The translations under genes were made by a program, and so were the position numbers. A model generated the notes under the pieces. It searched no databases, was not told where the DNA came from, and saw nothing but the letters and a program-made list of their open reading frames with translations. From Armatimonadota bacterium (lineage in GTDB: Bacteria; Sysuimicrobiota; Sysuimicrobiia; Sysuimicrobiales; Humicultoraceae), in the NCBI GenBank assembly GCA_052386995.1, contig JBQTJP010000230.1, positions 1-37,069 on the forward strand: DNA of 37,069 nt. Direction: 5' to 3'. The stretch's first letter is position 1, and every line of letters begins with the position of its first letter. Shown piece by piece: positions 19,846 to 29,874 of this stretch.

Positions 19846-20667
19846 GTGCGCGCCACCGCACCGGCGCAGCCCGCCGCCTCGTCCGGGGTGACCCTCCCCG
19901 CGCCGGCGCGGACGGCAGGCGCGATTCTGGTCCGCCGCTTCCTGCTCCCGCCGGTGGCGATCGCGGGGATCGTGCTCCTCTGGCAGATCATCGTCAGTGT
20001 TCTGGAGGTCCCGCCGTATATTATGCCGAGCCCCGCGTCGGTCGGACAGGCCCTCGTCAAGCAGCGGGCGGTGCTGATCGAGAACGCGATCCCAACGCTC
20101 TTTGAGAGCCTGGGCGGCTTCCTGCTCGGCAACGTCGTGGCCATCGCGACGGCCGTCGCCTTCGTCTACAACAAGACGCTCCAGCGCACGCTCTATCCGA
20201 TCGCCGTGGCCATCCGCACCGTGCCCATCGTCGCCATCAGCCCGATCCTGGTGCTGCTCCTCGGCAACGGGTATGCGCCAAAGGTCGCGATCGCCGCGCT
20301 GATCACCTACTTCCCTACCCTGGTGAACATGGTCGAAGGATTGGAGGCCGCCGACCCGCAGGCGCTCGAGTTGATGCACGTCCTCTCGGCCAGCAAGGGC
20401 GAGGCGTTCCGCTTCGTGCGGTGGCCGTCGTCGCTGCCGTACCTGTTCTCGGCGCTGCGCATCGCCGCGACGACGTGCGTGCTCGGGGCGATCGTGGCGG
20501 AGTGGATCGGGTCGAACGTTGGGCTGGGCTACCTGATCGTGCTGACGACGTATGACTTCCGGACGGCGCTGCTGTACTCGGCTATGGCCGTCGCCTCGGC
20601 GATGGCTCTGACGTTCTTCTTCCTGATCAGCGCGCTGGAATGGCTGGTGGTGCGATGGGAGCGTTAA
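19846..20667 (+). CDS. ABC transporter permease (TauC/SsuC-like)
   Basis: Multiple TM segments, PSSLPYLFSALR, GAIVAEWIGSNVGLGYLI. Confidence 0.9.
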   Translation: MRATAPAQPAASSGVTLPAPARTAGAILVRRFLLPPVAIAGIVLLWQIIVSVLEVPPYIMPSPASVGQALVKQRAVLIENAIPTLFESLGGFLLGNVVAIATAVAFVYNKTLQRTLYPIAVAIRTVPIVAISPILVLLLGNGYAPKVAIAALITYFPTLVNMVEGLEAADPQALELMHVLSASKGEAFRFVRWPSSLPYLFSALRIAATTCVLGAIVAEWIGSNVGLGYLIVLTTYDFRTALLYSAMAVASAMALTFFFLISALEWLVVRWER

Positions 20668-20683
20668 AGCGGGAGGGTTCTCG

Positions 20684-22012
20684 ATGACGAGCACCATCCG
20701 GGAGCCGGCCCGAGACATCCCGGTGATCCGCGAGTGCGACGTGCTCGTCGTGGGCGGCGGGCCGGCCGGCCAGGCGGCCGCCGTGGCCGCGGCGCGCGCC
20801 GGCGCCGACGTGACCGTCATCGAGCGCTATGGCTACCTGGGCGGCTTGGCGTCCGGCGGCATGGTGCTGGTGCTCGACGACATGTGCAGCGCCACCGAGG
20901 TGTCGGTGGGAGGGCTGGCGCTCGAGATCATCGATCGCATGCGCGCGATCGGCGCTGCCGTTGTGCCGCCGATGGAGGATTGTTTCCGCAACGATCAGGC
21001 TGTTCGCGATCGGTGGGTCCGCTGGGGCTTCGAAGACATCTATTCGAAGATCAAGCCCAAGCCGATCGTCTTCGCCGCCTCGTTTGATCCCGAGGGATGG
21101 AAGCAGGCGTCCCAGGAGATGGCCCTGGAAGCCGGCGTGCATCTGCGCTTCCACACCTGGTGCTCGCGGGCCATCGTAGAGGACGGCGCGGTTCGGGGCG
21201 TGATCGTCGAGTCGAAGGCCGGCCGTGAAGCGCTGCGCGCGCGCGTGGTGATCGACGCGAGCGGCGACGGCGACGTCTTCGGGACGGCCGGCGCGGCGGG
21301 CGTGCACGGCTCGTACATCATCACGCTCGTTCACCGGCTCGCCGATGTCGACACCGACGCCGCCGTGCGTTTCGAGCGGGAGCACCCCGATGAAGCCCGC
21401 GCGCTGGATGTGCAGATCAAGCACCTTCTCGGGGGATCGTGGGACCTCTGGTGGCTGCTCACGCCGCGGCCGGGCGTGCTGTGGTGCAACTGCCCCCACA
21501 TCCCCGGGTATGACGGCCTGAGTCCGGACGACCTGACGCACATCGAGATCGAGGGCCGGCGCCGGTTCATGAAGGTGCTGGCCTTCGTGCGCGCGCAGCA
21601 CCCCGGATTTGCGCGGGCGTACATTCTCGACGCCGCGCCCCAGGTGGGCGTACGGCAGACGCGGTTGCTCGAGGGCGAATATGTCGTCACGAAAGAGGAC
21701 ATCCTCGGCGGCTATCGCTTTCCCGACGTGGTTGCGCGCGGACGCGATTATTACACACCGTACCGCAGCCTGGTCCCCAAGGGCACGGACGGGCTGCTGG
21801 TGGCCGGGCGCTGCTATTCGGCGACGCCGGAGGCGCAGCGGATCAGCCGAGAGATCCCGCCGCTGATGGTCATGGGCGAGGCCGCGGGTATCGCCGCGGC
21901 GCTGAGCCTGGCCTCGGGTGTGCCCCCGCGCCAGGTGGACGTGCCTGCGTTGCAGCGGCGCCTCGTGGCGGCCGGCGTCAACCTGGGGTCGCTCGCGCCG
22001 GTTGGCGGTTGA
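20684..22012 (+). CDS. FAD-dependent oxidoreductase (FAD_oxidored family)
   Basis: DVLVVGGGPAG, IERYGYLGG, IDASGDGD, PYRSLVP, LLVAGRC, MGEAAGIAAAL. Confidence 0.88.
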   Translation: MTSTIREPARDIPVIRECDVLVVGGGPAGQAAAVAAARAGADVTVIERYGYLGGLASGGMVLVLDDMCSATEVSVGGLALEIIDRMRAIGAAVVPPMEDCFRNDQAVRDRWVRWGFEDIYSKIKPKPIVFAASFDPEGWKQASQEMALEAGVHLRFHTWCSRAIVEDGAVRGVIVESKAGREALRARVVIDASGDGDVFGTAGAAGVHGSYIITLVHRLADVDTDAAVRFEREHPDEARALDVQIKHLLGGSWDLWWLLTPRPGVLWCNCPHIPGYDGLSPDDLTHIEIEGRRRFMKVLAFVRAQHPGFARAYILDAAPQVGVRQTRLLEGEYVVTKEDILGGYRFPDVVARGRDYYTPYRSLVPKGTDGLLVAGRCYSATPEAQRISREIPPLMVMGEAAGIAAALSLASGVPPRQVDVPALQRRLVAAGVNLGSLAPVGG

Positions 22013-22797
22013 ACGTGCCGCGGTTCTGCCGGGTCGAGCGCGACGGCGCGCTCATCACGGTCACGCTCGATCGCCCGGAGGTCCGCAACGCCCTTCACCG
22101 CGCCGCTTCGGATGAGCTGGACCAGATCTGGAATACGTACGACGCCGATCCGGACCTCCGCGTGGCGATCCTAACCGGCGCAGGTGAGCGCGCGTTCTGC
22201 GCGGGCTACGACGTGCGCGAGCCCGCGGACGCGACGGGCCCCGGCTTTCTCGCATCCAGGCATCCTCGTGGCTTCGGCGCGCTCACCCACAGATTCGACC
22301 TGCACAAGCCGGTGATCGCAGCGGTGAACGGGTTCGCCGTCGGCGGAGGCCTGGAGCTGGCCCTGGCGTGCGACGTGATCGTCGCCGCAGAGGGCGCCGA
22401 GTTGGGATTGCCGGAACCGCGCATTGGACGCATGGCGTTGGACGGCGGGATCCACCGGCTGGTGCGGCACATTCCGATCAAGCTCGCGATGGGGATGCTC
22501 CTGACGGGACGCCGCATCTCCGCTGCCGAGGCGCTGCGCATCGGGCTCGTCAACGAAGTCGTCCCGGCGGCCGACCTGCCGGGCGCCGCCCGACGGTGGG
22601 CCGAGCAGATCCTCGAGTGCGCTCCGCTGTCGGTACAGGCGACGAAAGAGGCCGCGCTGGCGGGGCTGGGTATGCCGCTGCGCCAGGCCATGGCTCTGGT
22701 ACCGCCGCTCACGGAGCGGGCGCTCGCCTCGGCCGATCAGGATGAAGGGGTCGAGGCATTCCTCGAAAGGAGACCGCCGCGATGGACGGGTCGGTGA
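22009..22797 (+). CDS. Enoyl-CoA hydratase/isomerase (crotonase, CaiD-like)
   Basis: AFCAGYD, KPVIAAVNGFAVGGGLELALACD, LGLPEP. Confidence 0.9.
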   Translation: MNVPRFCRVERDGALITVTLDRPEVRNALHRAASDELDQIWNTYDADPDLRVAILTGAGERAFCAGYDVREPADATGPGFLASRHPRGFGALTHRFDLHKPVIAAVNGFAVGGGLELALACDVIVAAEGAELGLPEPRIGRMALDGGIHRLVRHIPIKLAMGMLLTGRRISAAEALRIGLVNEVVPAADLPGAARRWAEQILECAPLSVQATKEAALAGLGMPLRQAMALVPPLTERALASADQDEGVEAFLERRPPRWTGR

Positions 22798-24011
22798 AGG
22801 CCGCGGCAACGGCCGCGGGCCCCCTGGAAGGGATCACGGTGCTCGATTTCACGCAGATCGAGCTCGGCCCGTGTGCGACGCAGGTGCTCGGCGACTTCGG
22901 CGCCGATGTCATCAAGATCGAACGCCCGGGTGACGGCGATCTGGCGCGCGTCTACATGAGGGCTCCAAACGGCGAGAGCGTGATCTTCTGGAGCCTGAAC
23001 CGCAACAAGCGCAGCGTTGCGATCGACGTTCGCACACCGTTGGGCCGTGAGGCAATCTACCGGCTGGCCCGGCGCGCCGATGTCGTCGTGCACAATTTTC
23101 GGCCCGGCGTCATGGAGCGGCTCGGCTTCGGGGCGGACGAGCTGCGCGCGATCAACCCGCGTCTGATCTACGCGTCCGGCAGCGGGTACGGCCCGACGGG
23201 GCCCTATCGGGACAAGGGTGGCCAGGATGTGCTCGCGCAGGCGATGAGCGGCATCGCGTCGAGGCGTTCCGAGCCCGACGCGCCGCCAGAGCCCTGCGCG
23301 ACGCCCATCGCCGATTTCACCGCGGGAATGCTTCTCGTGCAGGCGATCCTGCTCGCGCTGTTGGCGCGCCAGCGCACCGGCGAGGGCCAGGTCGTGCACG
23401 TCTCGCTCCTCGACGGCATGCTGGCCACGCAGCTGCAGGAAGCCACCGTGTGGATGAATCTGGGGCAGCGGCTGAATTGGGGCGCGTTCCCTCTGTCGGG
23501 GACGTTCCAGACGCGCGACGGCTATGTGGCCATGGTCGGCGCCTTCAAGCCGAACCCGCTGCAGGAAATCTGCAAAGGCCTGGGCATTGAGGATCTGTCC
23601 CAGGATCCCAAATTTGCGACCCACGACACGCAGGTGGCGCACCGTGGCGAGCTCCAGGCGCGGTTTCGGGCCGAGTTCGCGAAGCGAACCACTCGCCAGG
23701 TCCTGGACGCACTGGAATCCGTCGACATCCTCTGCGCTCGCGTGAACGCCATCGACGAAGCCCTCGCCGAGCCGCAGGTCACGCACAATCAGATGGTCGT
23801 CGAGATGCACCATCCCGCGCTGGGCCCGATCAAGACCGTCGGCATTCCCGTGAAACTCGAAGGCACGCCCGGCTCGGTTCGCCGCGCCCCTCCCCGCTTG
23901 GGCGAGCACACGCGTGAAGTCCTGGCCGAACTCGGCTTTACGGATGAGGAGGCCGCGGAGGCGGCTGACGGACGGGCGGCCCAACCGTCGCCGTCGAAGA
24001 GAACGCGCTAA
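22782..24011 (+). CDS. Class III CoA-transferase (CaiB/BaiF family)
   Basis: PLEGITVLDF, GADVIKIE, LNRNKRS, NFRPGVMERLG, PIADFTAG, PPRLGEHT. Confidence 0.92.
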   Translation: MDGSVKAAATAAGPLEGITVLDFTQIELGPCATQVLGDFGADVIKIERPGDGDLARVYMRAPNGESVIFWSLNRNKRSVAIDVRTPLGREAIYRLARRADVVVHNFRPGVMERLGFGADELRAINPRLIYASGSGYGPTGPYRDKGGQDVLAQAMSGIASRRSEPDAPPEPCATPIADFTAGMLLVQAILLALLARQRTGEGQVVHVSLLDGMLATQLQEATVWMNLGQRLNWGAFPLSGTFQTRDGYVAMVGAFKPNPLQEICKGLGIEDLSQDPKFATHDTQVAHRGELQARFRAEFAKRTTRQVLDALESVDILCARVNAIDEALAEPQVTHNQMVVEMHHPALGPIKTVGIPVKLEGTPGSVRRAPPRLGEHTREVLAELGFTDEEAAEAADGRAAQPSPSKRTR

Positions 24012-24203
24012 GACTGCGTCGCCGGCACCTGCGAGTCGAACAGCCAGGGTTGGTTCTCGACGATCTGGGGAATCTTCGCGTAGTGGGCAGCTCGCTGCTC
24101 AGGATCTCGGTGTCGGTCGGCGCAGTGAGGCCAGCCAGCCGCGGCACCGAAACCTTCTCCGTCTTCGCCATGCGTGCTCCCTATCGATAGCGCGCCCGGG
24201 CCG

Positions 24204-24464
24204 TCAGACGCTTCCTTCCATCTGGACCTGGAGCCACACCGCCACGGCCATCGTGACGAGTGCGGCGGCTGCCGCCAGGGGGAACGCCCATTCGCGGATG
24301 AATGGATAACGGACACCGAAGTAGTACGGGCCGCCGATGATGACGGCCACGAGCGCCACAGCGGCCGCAATCCATGAGTTTCGCATGATCCGCCGCCTGG
24401 TGTGCATCCGCCTCGCGCCTCGTTCGAGCGCGATGTGTGTGCGACGGTTGATCTGATTGCTCAT
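24204..24464 (-). CDS. Small hypothetical membrane protein
   Basis: GGAGAGGAG SD before ATG 24464 (alternative ATG 24386); two hydrophobic segments. Confidence 0.55.
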   Translation of the reverse strand: MSNQINRRTHIALERGARRMHTRRRIMRNSWIAAAVALVAVIIGGPYYFGVRYPFIREWAFPLAAAAALVTMAVAVWLQVQMEGSV

Positions 24465-24513
24465 GATGGCTGCTCCTCTCCCAACATCGCCCGGGTGAAC
24501 GTCTTGCGACTGC

Positions 24514-24903
24514 TCACCAGCGTCCGCCCATCGAGCCCTTCGCGTAGTGGAACACGCCGCGGATGAGCTGGTAGGCGCCGACGAGCACGGCGCCGTAGAA
24601 GATGAACTGCCCGCTTGTCACCGCGGTGAGGATGATGCCGCCGATGCACCAGAGGGCGCCGTAGACCATACTCTTGATACCGGCCTGCTTGAGGGCGCTG
24701 GCACGGGCCTCGAACAGGTTCGTGAGCACGATGCCCACGGACTCCCTATCGAGCCCGCGCTCTATGAGCTGCGCTTCGACCTTCTCTCGCGGGGTACGTT
24801 CGTTGAGGAGCTTAGCAGCGAGCTCGTAGACCTCTTGGATCTGTTCTTCGGGGGTCTGGCTGACAAGGGCAGAGACCTCCGCAGTGCTCGCCTCATCCGG
24901 CAT
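24514..24903 (-). CDS. Hypothetical protein with C-terminal membrane hairpin
   Basis: AAGGAG SD before ATG 24903; helical N-terminus then MVYGALWCIGGIILTA and FIFYGAVLVGAYQLIRG. Confidence 0.7.
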   Translation of the reverse strand: MPDEASTAEVSALVSQTPEEQIQEVYELAAKLLNERTPREKVEAQLIERGLDRESVGIVLTNLFEARASALKQAGIKSMVYGALWCIGGIILTAVTSGQFIFYGAVLVGAYQLIRGVFHYAKGSMGGRW

Positions 24904-25233
24904 GAGGGGCACTCCTTTCCTGAATTGTAATCGGATTGTGGATCGATTACGCCCGTGGGGCTGCAACTCCTCCTGCCGCGCGCCGGCCGCTAGAGGAATT
25001 CGGGCAGTCTTCTAGTGCTGGTCAAACGCCCACTCAACCTCTCGAGTCGCCCCCTGCCCCGACGGCGGTGGCGGCGTGGCGACGATGATAGAACGTGTAG
25101 CAGCGCCCGCTGGCGATGACGACGTTCTCGCGGGCGATGGCGCTGTCGAAACAGTAGGCGTCGCCCTTGCGTGTCACCTTGATGAGCTTCTTCATCGATG
25201 AGAATTCGCCGGATCGACTCTCCGATCCAAATC

Positions 25234-25716
25234 CTACCGATATCGGAACCCGATCGAGATAGGGCCCGCAGTTCCGGGCACAGGCACGATGAGCCGTCCG
25301 GCCGGTCTGTCAACGCTCACAGCCACGGCATGCAACGAGTTCCTGGGGAGTGCGGTCAGGGGCACCGGAAGGGCAACCAGGTGTCTCAGCCGGCTCCAGA
25401 CTTGAAGACCCGGGAGGCTGTCCAGAAGCACAGTCTGGCCCGGGGCAATGACCGGCGACGTGGATACCGGTGCGACAAGGGCAAGGAAGCCCCCGAGACC
25501 CGTGCGCACGAGGTACGGCTCGTAGCATCCGCCGCCGATCACGATCGGACCAAGCTGCACCGGCCGGTCAAAGCACAACCCCTGAGCCTGTGGCTGAAGC
25601 AACGATGGATCTCGAACGTCATTTTCCAGCGGCTCCGCCTGGGCGTGGACTACCGGTGCCAGCAACATCGCACACGCGAACAGGACTGTGAGCCACCGAT
25701 ACGTGGTCATGGCCAT
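25234..25716 (-). CDS. Hypothetical secreted protein
   Basis: AAGGAG SD; signal peptide ending VHA-QA; no recognised domain. Confidence 0.6.
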   Translation of the reverse strand: MAMTTYRWLTVLFACAMLLAPVVHAQAEPLENDVRDPSLLQPQAQGLCFDRPVQLGPIVIGGGCYEPYLVRTGLGGFLALVAPVSTSPVIAPGQTVLLDSLPGLQVWSRLRHLVALPVPLTALPRNSLHAVAVSVDRPAGRLIVPVPGTAGPISIGFRYR

Positions 25717-25770
25717 TGCTCCTTTCCCCCTCAGGTAACGACAGCGTGGTTGCGGGTGACCTCCTCTGAG

Positions 25771-25796
25771 TACGAGAAAGACACCCGGGGGGTTCC
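25771..25796 (-). promoter_or_regulatory. Candidate ECF sigma-factor promoter
   Basis: Minus strand GGAAC-N17-CGTA, about 55 nt upstream of the secreted-protein start. Confidence 0.4.
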
Positions 25797-25876
25797 CGCG
25801 TAAGTATTTACCCCGAAGGCCGCCGCGGGGAACGTCGAAAACTCAGCGCAAGCTGACCGGAGGGAGTCCTCGGCGA

Positions 25877-26695
25877 TCAGCGGCCTCCCGCGGCCAGGAG
25901 GCGCTGCAGGTCCCGCGGATTGACGGTCACGATCGCGACAATCGCCACCGCGATGGCGAGGCCGATCAGAAAGGTCGAAAGCGCCGCGATCACGGGATCC
26001 TGCTGCCGCTGCAGGTAGTAAAACATAGCCACCGGCAGGGTCATATTGTCGGTCTTGACCAGGAACAGCGACGTCTCGACCTGGTCCCAGGAGATGATGA
26101 AGGCAAAGAAGCCGCTCGTGGCCAGCCCCGTGCGCATCTGTGGGAGCGTCACCTTCCAGAACGCTTGCAGCGGCGTCGCGCCCAGGTCGGCCGCCGCCTC
26201 CTCCAGGGAGCGATCGACCGCGACGAGGGTCGCCGACAGAATCGAGATCACAAACGGGAGCGTGATCATCAGATGGGCCACCACGAGACTGTCCAGGCTC
26301 CCGAAGCGGCGCAGCAGGATGGCAAGGATCAACATGGCCACCCCGAACGCGATGCGCGGGACGATCAGCGGGGCCAGGAAGACTGCGCGGAGGATCTCCC
26401 GTCCGGAGAACCTGTACCTGACCAGACCGAGTGCGGCGAGAGTCCCCACGACCAGGCTGATCGCGGTCGCCGTGGACGCGACGATCAGCGAGTTGACCGC
26501 CGCCCTGAACAGCGGCTCCTGGTGGAAGAGCTTGACGAACCACTGCAGCGAGTACCCCGGCGGAGGAAAGATCGCATACGACACGCTGCTGAACGCGTAC
26601 ACGAGAACGAACCCGATGGGCGCAAGCATGAAGACCATCACCAGGCCCAAGAAGATCATCAGGCCCGTCCGAATGAGATCGCGCCCGTCCCTCAT
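25877..26695 (-). CDS. ABC transporter permease (PotC-like)
   Basis: FPPPGYSLQWF, LEEAAADLGA EAA motif, TLPVAMF. Confidence 0.9.
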   Translation of the reverse strand: MRDGRDLIRTGLMIFLGLVMVFMLAPIGFVLVYAFSSVSYAIFPPPGYSLQWFVKLFHQEPLFRAAVNSLIVASTATAISLVVGTLAALGLVRYRFSGREILRAVFLAPLIVPRIAFGVAMLILAILLRRFGSLDSLVVAHLMITLPFVISILSATLVAVDRSLEEAAADLGATPLQAFWKVTLPQMRTGLATSGFFAFIISWDQVETSLFLVKTDNMTLPVAMFYYLQRQQDPVIAALSTFLIGLAIAVAIVAIVTVNPRDLQRLLAAGGR

Positions 26696-27606
26696 CCGCG
26701 CGCCACCTCGGCCCGGCTGTAGCTACGCCGGAGCAGCTGATTGCTGGCGGTGAGGATCGCCATGGCCAGGACGAGCAGCACGAGCGCGACAACAGACGCG
26801 AACCCGAGATTGACCGCTTCCATGTCGCGATAGATTAGCCCGCTGAGGATCTGCACGCGCCCCCCACCCATGAGGAACGGCGTGACGAACGCGCTGATCG
26901 TCAGCGTAAACACGATCTGCGAGCCCGCGACGACCCCCGGCAGCGTGAGCGGAAGCGTCACGCGACGGAATGTCTGCCACCGGGAGGCGCCCAGGTCCAT
27001 GGCCGCTTCCTTCAGATCGGGCGTCAGCTGCGCGATCACGCTGATGATCGGAAAGACCATGAAGGGCAACAGGATGTGGACCATCGAGATCACGATGCCC
27101 GTCGTGTTGAAGATCAGCGCCAGGGGCTCGCGAATCAGCCCGAGCGAGCGCAGGGCGAAGTTCACCGCGCCGGTCTGCGACAGGAGCAGCAGCCAGCCAT
27201 ACGTTCGAACGACCACGCTGACCAGGATCGGCGCGAAGAGCACGATGTAGGCCACCAGCAGCAGGCCAGGCCGGCGAATCTTGTTCATCGCGTACGCCGT
27301 TGGGTAGCCGATCAGCAGGCTCAGGGCGGTGATGATGCCGGCAATCCGAAGGGTGGTGCCGAGCACGCCCCAGTAGAAGGCATCGGTGAAGAAGCGCTGC
27401 CACGGTGCCAGGGTGAAGCGCGGAGACCCCGCGGCGAGAAACGGGTAGACGCTCATCACCACCAGGACAGCCATGCAGACCCAGAAGACCGCGGCGGAGA
27501 GCGCCACGGCCGGCGCCAGCAGCGGCACGTGGGCGTACCGCCGGAGGACCGTCCGCCATCCCTTGTGGCGGTGATTCACAGCGGGCAGCGGTGCCGCGCG
27601 GGCCAT
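26692..27606 (-). CDS. ABC transporter permease (PotB-like)
   Basis: VVRTYGWLLLL, LLPFMVFPI, LKEAAMDLGAS, FVTPFLMGG; ATG 27606 follows the ATPase stop. Confidence 0.9.
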   Translation of the reverse strand: MARAAPLPAVNHRHKGWRTVLRRYAHVPLLAPAVALSAAVFWVCMAVLVVMSVYPFLAAGSPRFTLAPWQRFFTDAFYWGVLGTTLRIAGIITALSLLIGYPTAYAMNKIRRPGLLLVAYIVLFAPILVSVVVRTYGWLLLLSQTGAVNFALRSLGLIREPLALIFNTTGIVISMVHILLPFMVFPIISVIAQLTPDLKEAAMDLGASRWQTFRRVTLPLTLPGVVAGSQIVFTLTISAFVTPFLMGGGRVQILSGLIYRDMEAVNLGFASVVALVLLVLAMAILTASNQLLRRSYSRAEVARG

Positions 27607-27608
27607 CG

Positions 27609-28679
27609 CTACCGGGCGAGGACGACCGTGTGCTGTGGGGACCAGCCGGCGACGATCGACGCGCCGGAGGTGAGACCCACCGCGGCGTCGTTGTGCATCT
27701 CCGCAACGACGGCCACACCGCCGGCCAGCATCACGCGGGCACGGACCACCGGCCCCATGAACGTCAGGTCGGCTACACGGCCATCCCACTTGTTGACGGC
27801 ATCGCCTGCCGCCGCCGCGCCGAGCTTGACGTGCTCCGGCCTGACCGAAATCGTGACCGCCGTCCCCTCGGGGACGCCGTCGCCGGCCGCCCACACGCGC
27901 AGCCCGTCCACCTGCACCAGCATGCCGGCGGGCCCCTTCCCCACGACCCGACCATCGAGGAAGTTGGCCTCGCCGATGAACGCCGCGACAAACCGCGTCT
28001 GCGGGCGCGCATAGATCTCTTTGCTCGAGCCGATCTGCTCGACGCGGCCCGCGTTCATGACGGCGACCCGGTCGGACATCGTGAGGGCCTCCCCCTGATC
28101 GTGGGTGACGTAGATGAAGGTCGTGCCCAGGCGGTGCTGCAGCGCCTTCAGTTCACCCTGCATCTGCAGCCGCAGCTTCAGGTCGAGCGCCCCCAGCGGC
28201 TCGTCCAGCAGGAGCACCGCGGGCTCGTTGACCAGGGCCCGGGCGATCGCGACGCGCTGCTTCTGCCCGCCGGAGAGCTGATGAATCTCCCGCCTACCGT
28301 ACCCGGGCAGATCCACGAGGTGAAGCGCGTCGTCCACCTTGCGTGCGATGACAGCCGCGGGCTCGCGGCGCAGACGCAGTCCGAAGGCGATATTCTCGAA
28401 CACGGTGAGGTGCGGGAACAGCGCCATGTGCTGAAAGACCATGTTGGTGGCGCGGCGGTAGGGGGGAACGTCGGTGACCAGGGCCCCGCGCAGCAGCACC
28501 TCGCCCGCCGTTGGATACTCGAAGCCGCCGATCATGCGCAGCGTGGTGGTCTTTCCGCACCCTGACGGCCCAAGGAGCGAGAAGAACTCGCCGCGGTGGA
28601 TCTGCAGCGACACGCGGTCTACCGCGACGACGTCGCCGAAGTGCTTCGACACCTCACGGAGCTCGACGTCGTGCTCCAC
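27609..28679 (-). CDS. ABC transporter ATP-binding protein (PotA-like, with TOBE domain)
   Basis: LGPSGCGKTT, LSGGQKQRVAIARAL, DEPLGALDLKLR, YVTHDQGEA. Confidence 0.92.
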   Translation of the reverse strand: MEHDVELREVSKHFGDVVAVDRVSLQIHRGEFFSLLGPSGCGKTTTLRMIGGFEYPTAGEVLLRGALVTDVPPYRRATNMVFQHMALFPHLTVFENIAFGLRLRREPAAVIARKVDDALHLVDLPGYGRREIHQLSGGQKQRVAIARALVNEPAVLLLDEPLGALDLKLRLQMQGELKALQHRLGTTFIYVTHDQGEALTMSDRVAVMNAGRVEQIGSSKEIYARPQTRFVAAFIGEANFLDGRVVGKGPAGMLVQVDGLRVWAAGDGVPEGTAVTISVRPEHVKLGAAAAGDAVNKWDGRVADLTFMGPVVRARVMLAGGVAVVAEMHNDAAVGLTSGASIVAGWSPQHTVVLAR

Positions 28680-28722
28680 GCTGAGGATCGTCGCCGCCCC
28701 GCCTCCGGCGTGACGCGCGGGC

Positions 28723-29835
28723 CTAGCGACCTATGCGCGCCACCACTTCCTTGTCCCAGCGCTCGCGCCACGCCGTCTCGTTCTGCGCGATCGTGGCCCA
28801 GTCGAACTGAATGGCGCGCTCGGTCTCCTTGGGACTGTACATCGGGAGGTCGCGCAGGCTCGGTGGCACGACGACCCGCTTGGACGTCGGCACGAAGAAC
28901 GTCAACGACGCCCAGCGCGCCAGCCACCGATCGGAGAGGATGAGGTTGATGACGCCCTCGGCCACGCGCTTCTGCTGCGGCGTGACGCCCTTGACCACCA
29001 CCAGGAAGAGCGGAAACGCGATCGTGCCCTCGCGGGGGATGACGAACTCCAGCGGCGCGCCCTGCTGCTTCCATGTCAGCGCGTTGCCGCCAAACATCGC
29101 CGCCAGGTGCGCGTCGCCGCGGACGACCAGGTCCCGCACCTCCACGTTGCTGTTGGCGAACGCCACGAACTGGTTGGCCCGCTCGCCCCAGAGCCGGAAC
29201 CCGGGGTCGATGTTCTTCTCGCTGCCGCCGTTGAGCCGGGCCGCGACCACCAGACCGTTGGTGTACCACGCATACTTGATCGAGGTCACCCTGCCTCGAA
29301 AGCGCGGCGCCCACATGTCGGTCCAGGACGTCGGGGCTTCGCGGACGACGTTGGGATTGTACATCAGGCCGACCGGCGCAACGGAGAACCCGATGCCCTT
29401 GTTCCCCGGACGTTTGTAAGCGTCGGCGACATTGGCGGCGTTGGGAATGTTGTTCAGGTCGAGCGGCTCCCACAGGTCGTCGATGTCGCCCTGGTAGGTG
29501 AACTGGGTGTTGCTGTACCCGAAATGCACGAGCGGGCGGTCCGGCGTGAGCTTGCGCGCGCTGACCATCTTGGGATAGATCTCGAAGTTCTGTCCCTCCA
29601 GAACCTCGATGGTGGTGCCCGGGTTGTTCTGCATGTAGAATTTGGCGACTTCGTTGGCGACGGTGGGCAGGTTGAGACCGGACCAGACGAAGAGCGTCAG
29701 GCGCTCGGTTCCCCCCGCCGACGCCTGCTGCGCGAGGCCGAGCGTCGCGCCCCCGATCTGCGCGAGCGCGAAGAGCCCAAGCCCCGCCCTGGCGCTCTCC
29801 ACGAGGAAGTCCCTTCTCTTCATGCGTCGGGTCAT
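28723..29835 (-). CDS. ABC transporter substrate-binding protein (PotD-like), Tat-exported
   Basis: KRRDFL twin-arginine signal; PLDLNNIPN, GLMYNP, APTSWTDMW, FVIPREG; ATG 29835 with GGAGGG SD. Confidence 0.88.
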   Translation of the reverse strand: MTRRMKRRDFLVESARAGLGLFALAQIGGATLGLAQQASAGGTERLTLFVWSGLNLPTVANEVAKFYMQNNPGTTIEVLEGQNFEIYPKMVSARKLTPDRPLVHFGYSNTQFTYQGDIDDLWEPLDLNNIPNAANVADAYKRPGNKGIGFSVAPVGLMYNPNVVREAPTSWTDMWAPRFRGRVTSIKYAWYTNGLVVAARLNGGSEKNIDPGFRLWGERANQFVAFANSNVEVRDLVVRGDAHLAAMFGGNALTWKQQGAPLEFVIPREGTIAFPLFLVVVKGVTPQQKRVAEGVINLILSDRWLARWASLTFFVPTSKRVVVPPSLRDLPMYSPKETERAIQFDWATIAQNETAWRERWDKEVVARIGR

Positions 29836-29874
29836 CTCGTATCCCTCCTGACCGCGCGGCATTGCCGCCCGGCC

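Noticed and set aside
24990..25230. Possible ORFs or ncRNA between the hypothetical genes
   Set aside because: Candidate frames are Arg-rich without an SD, and I see no recognisable RNA structure.
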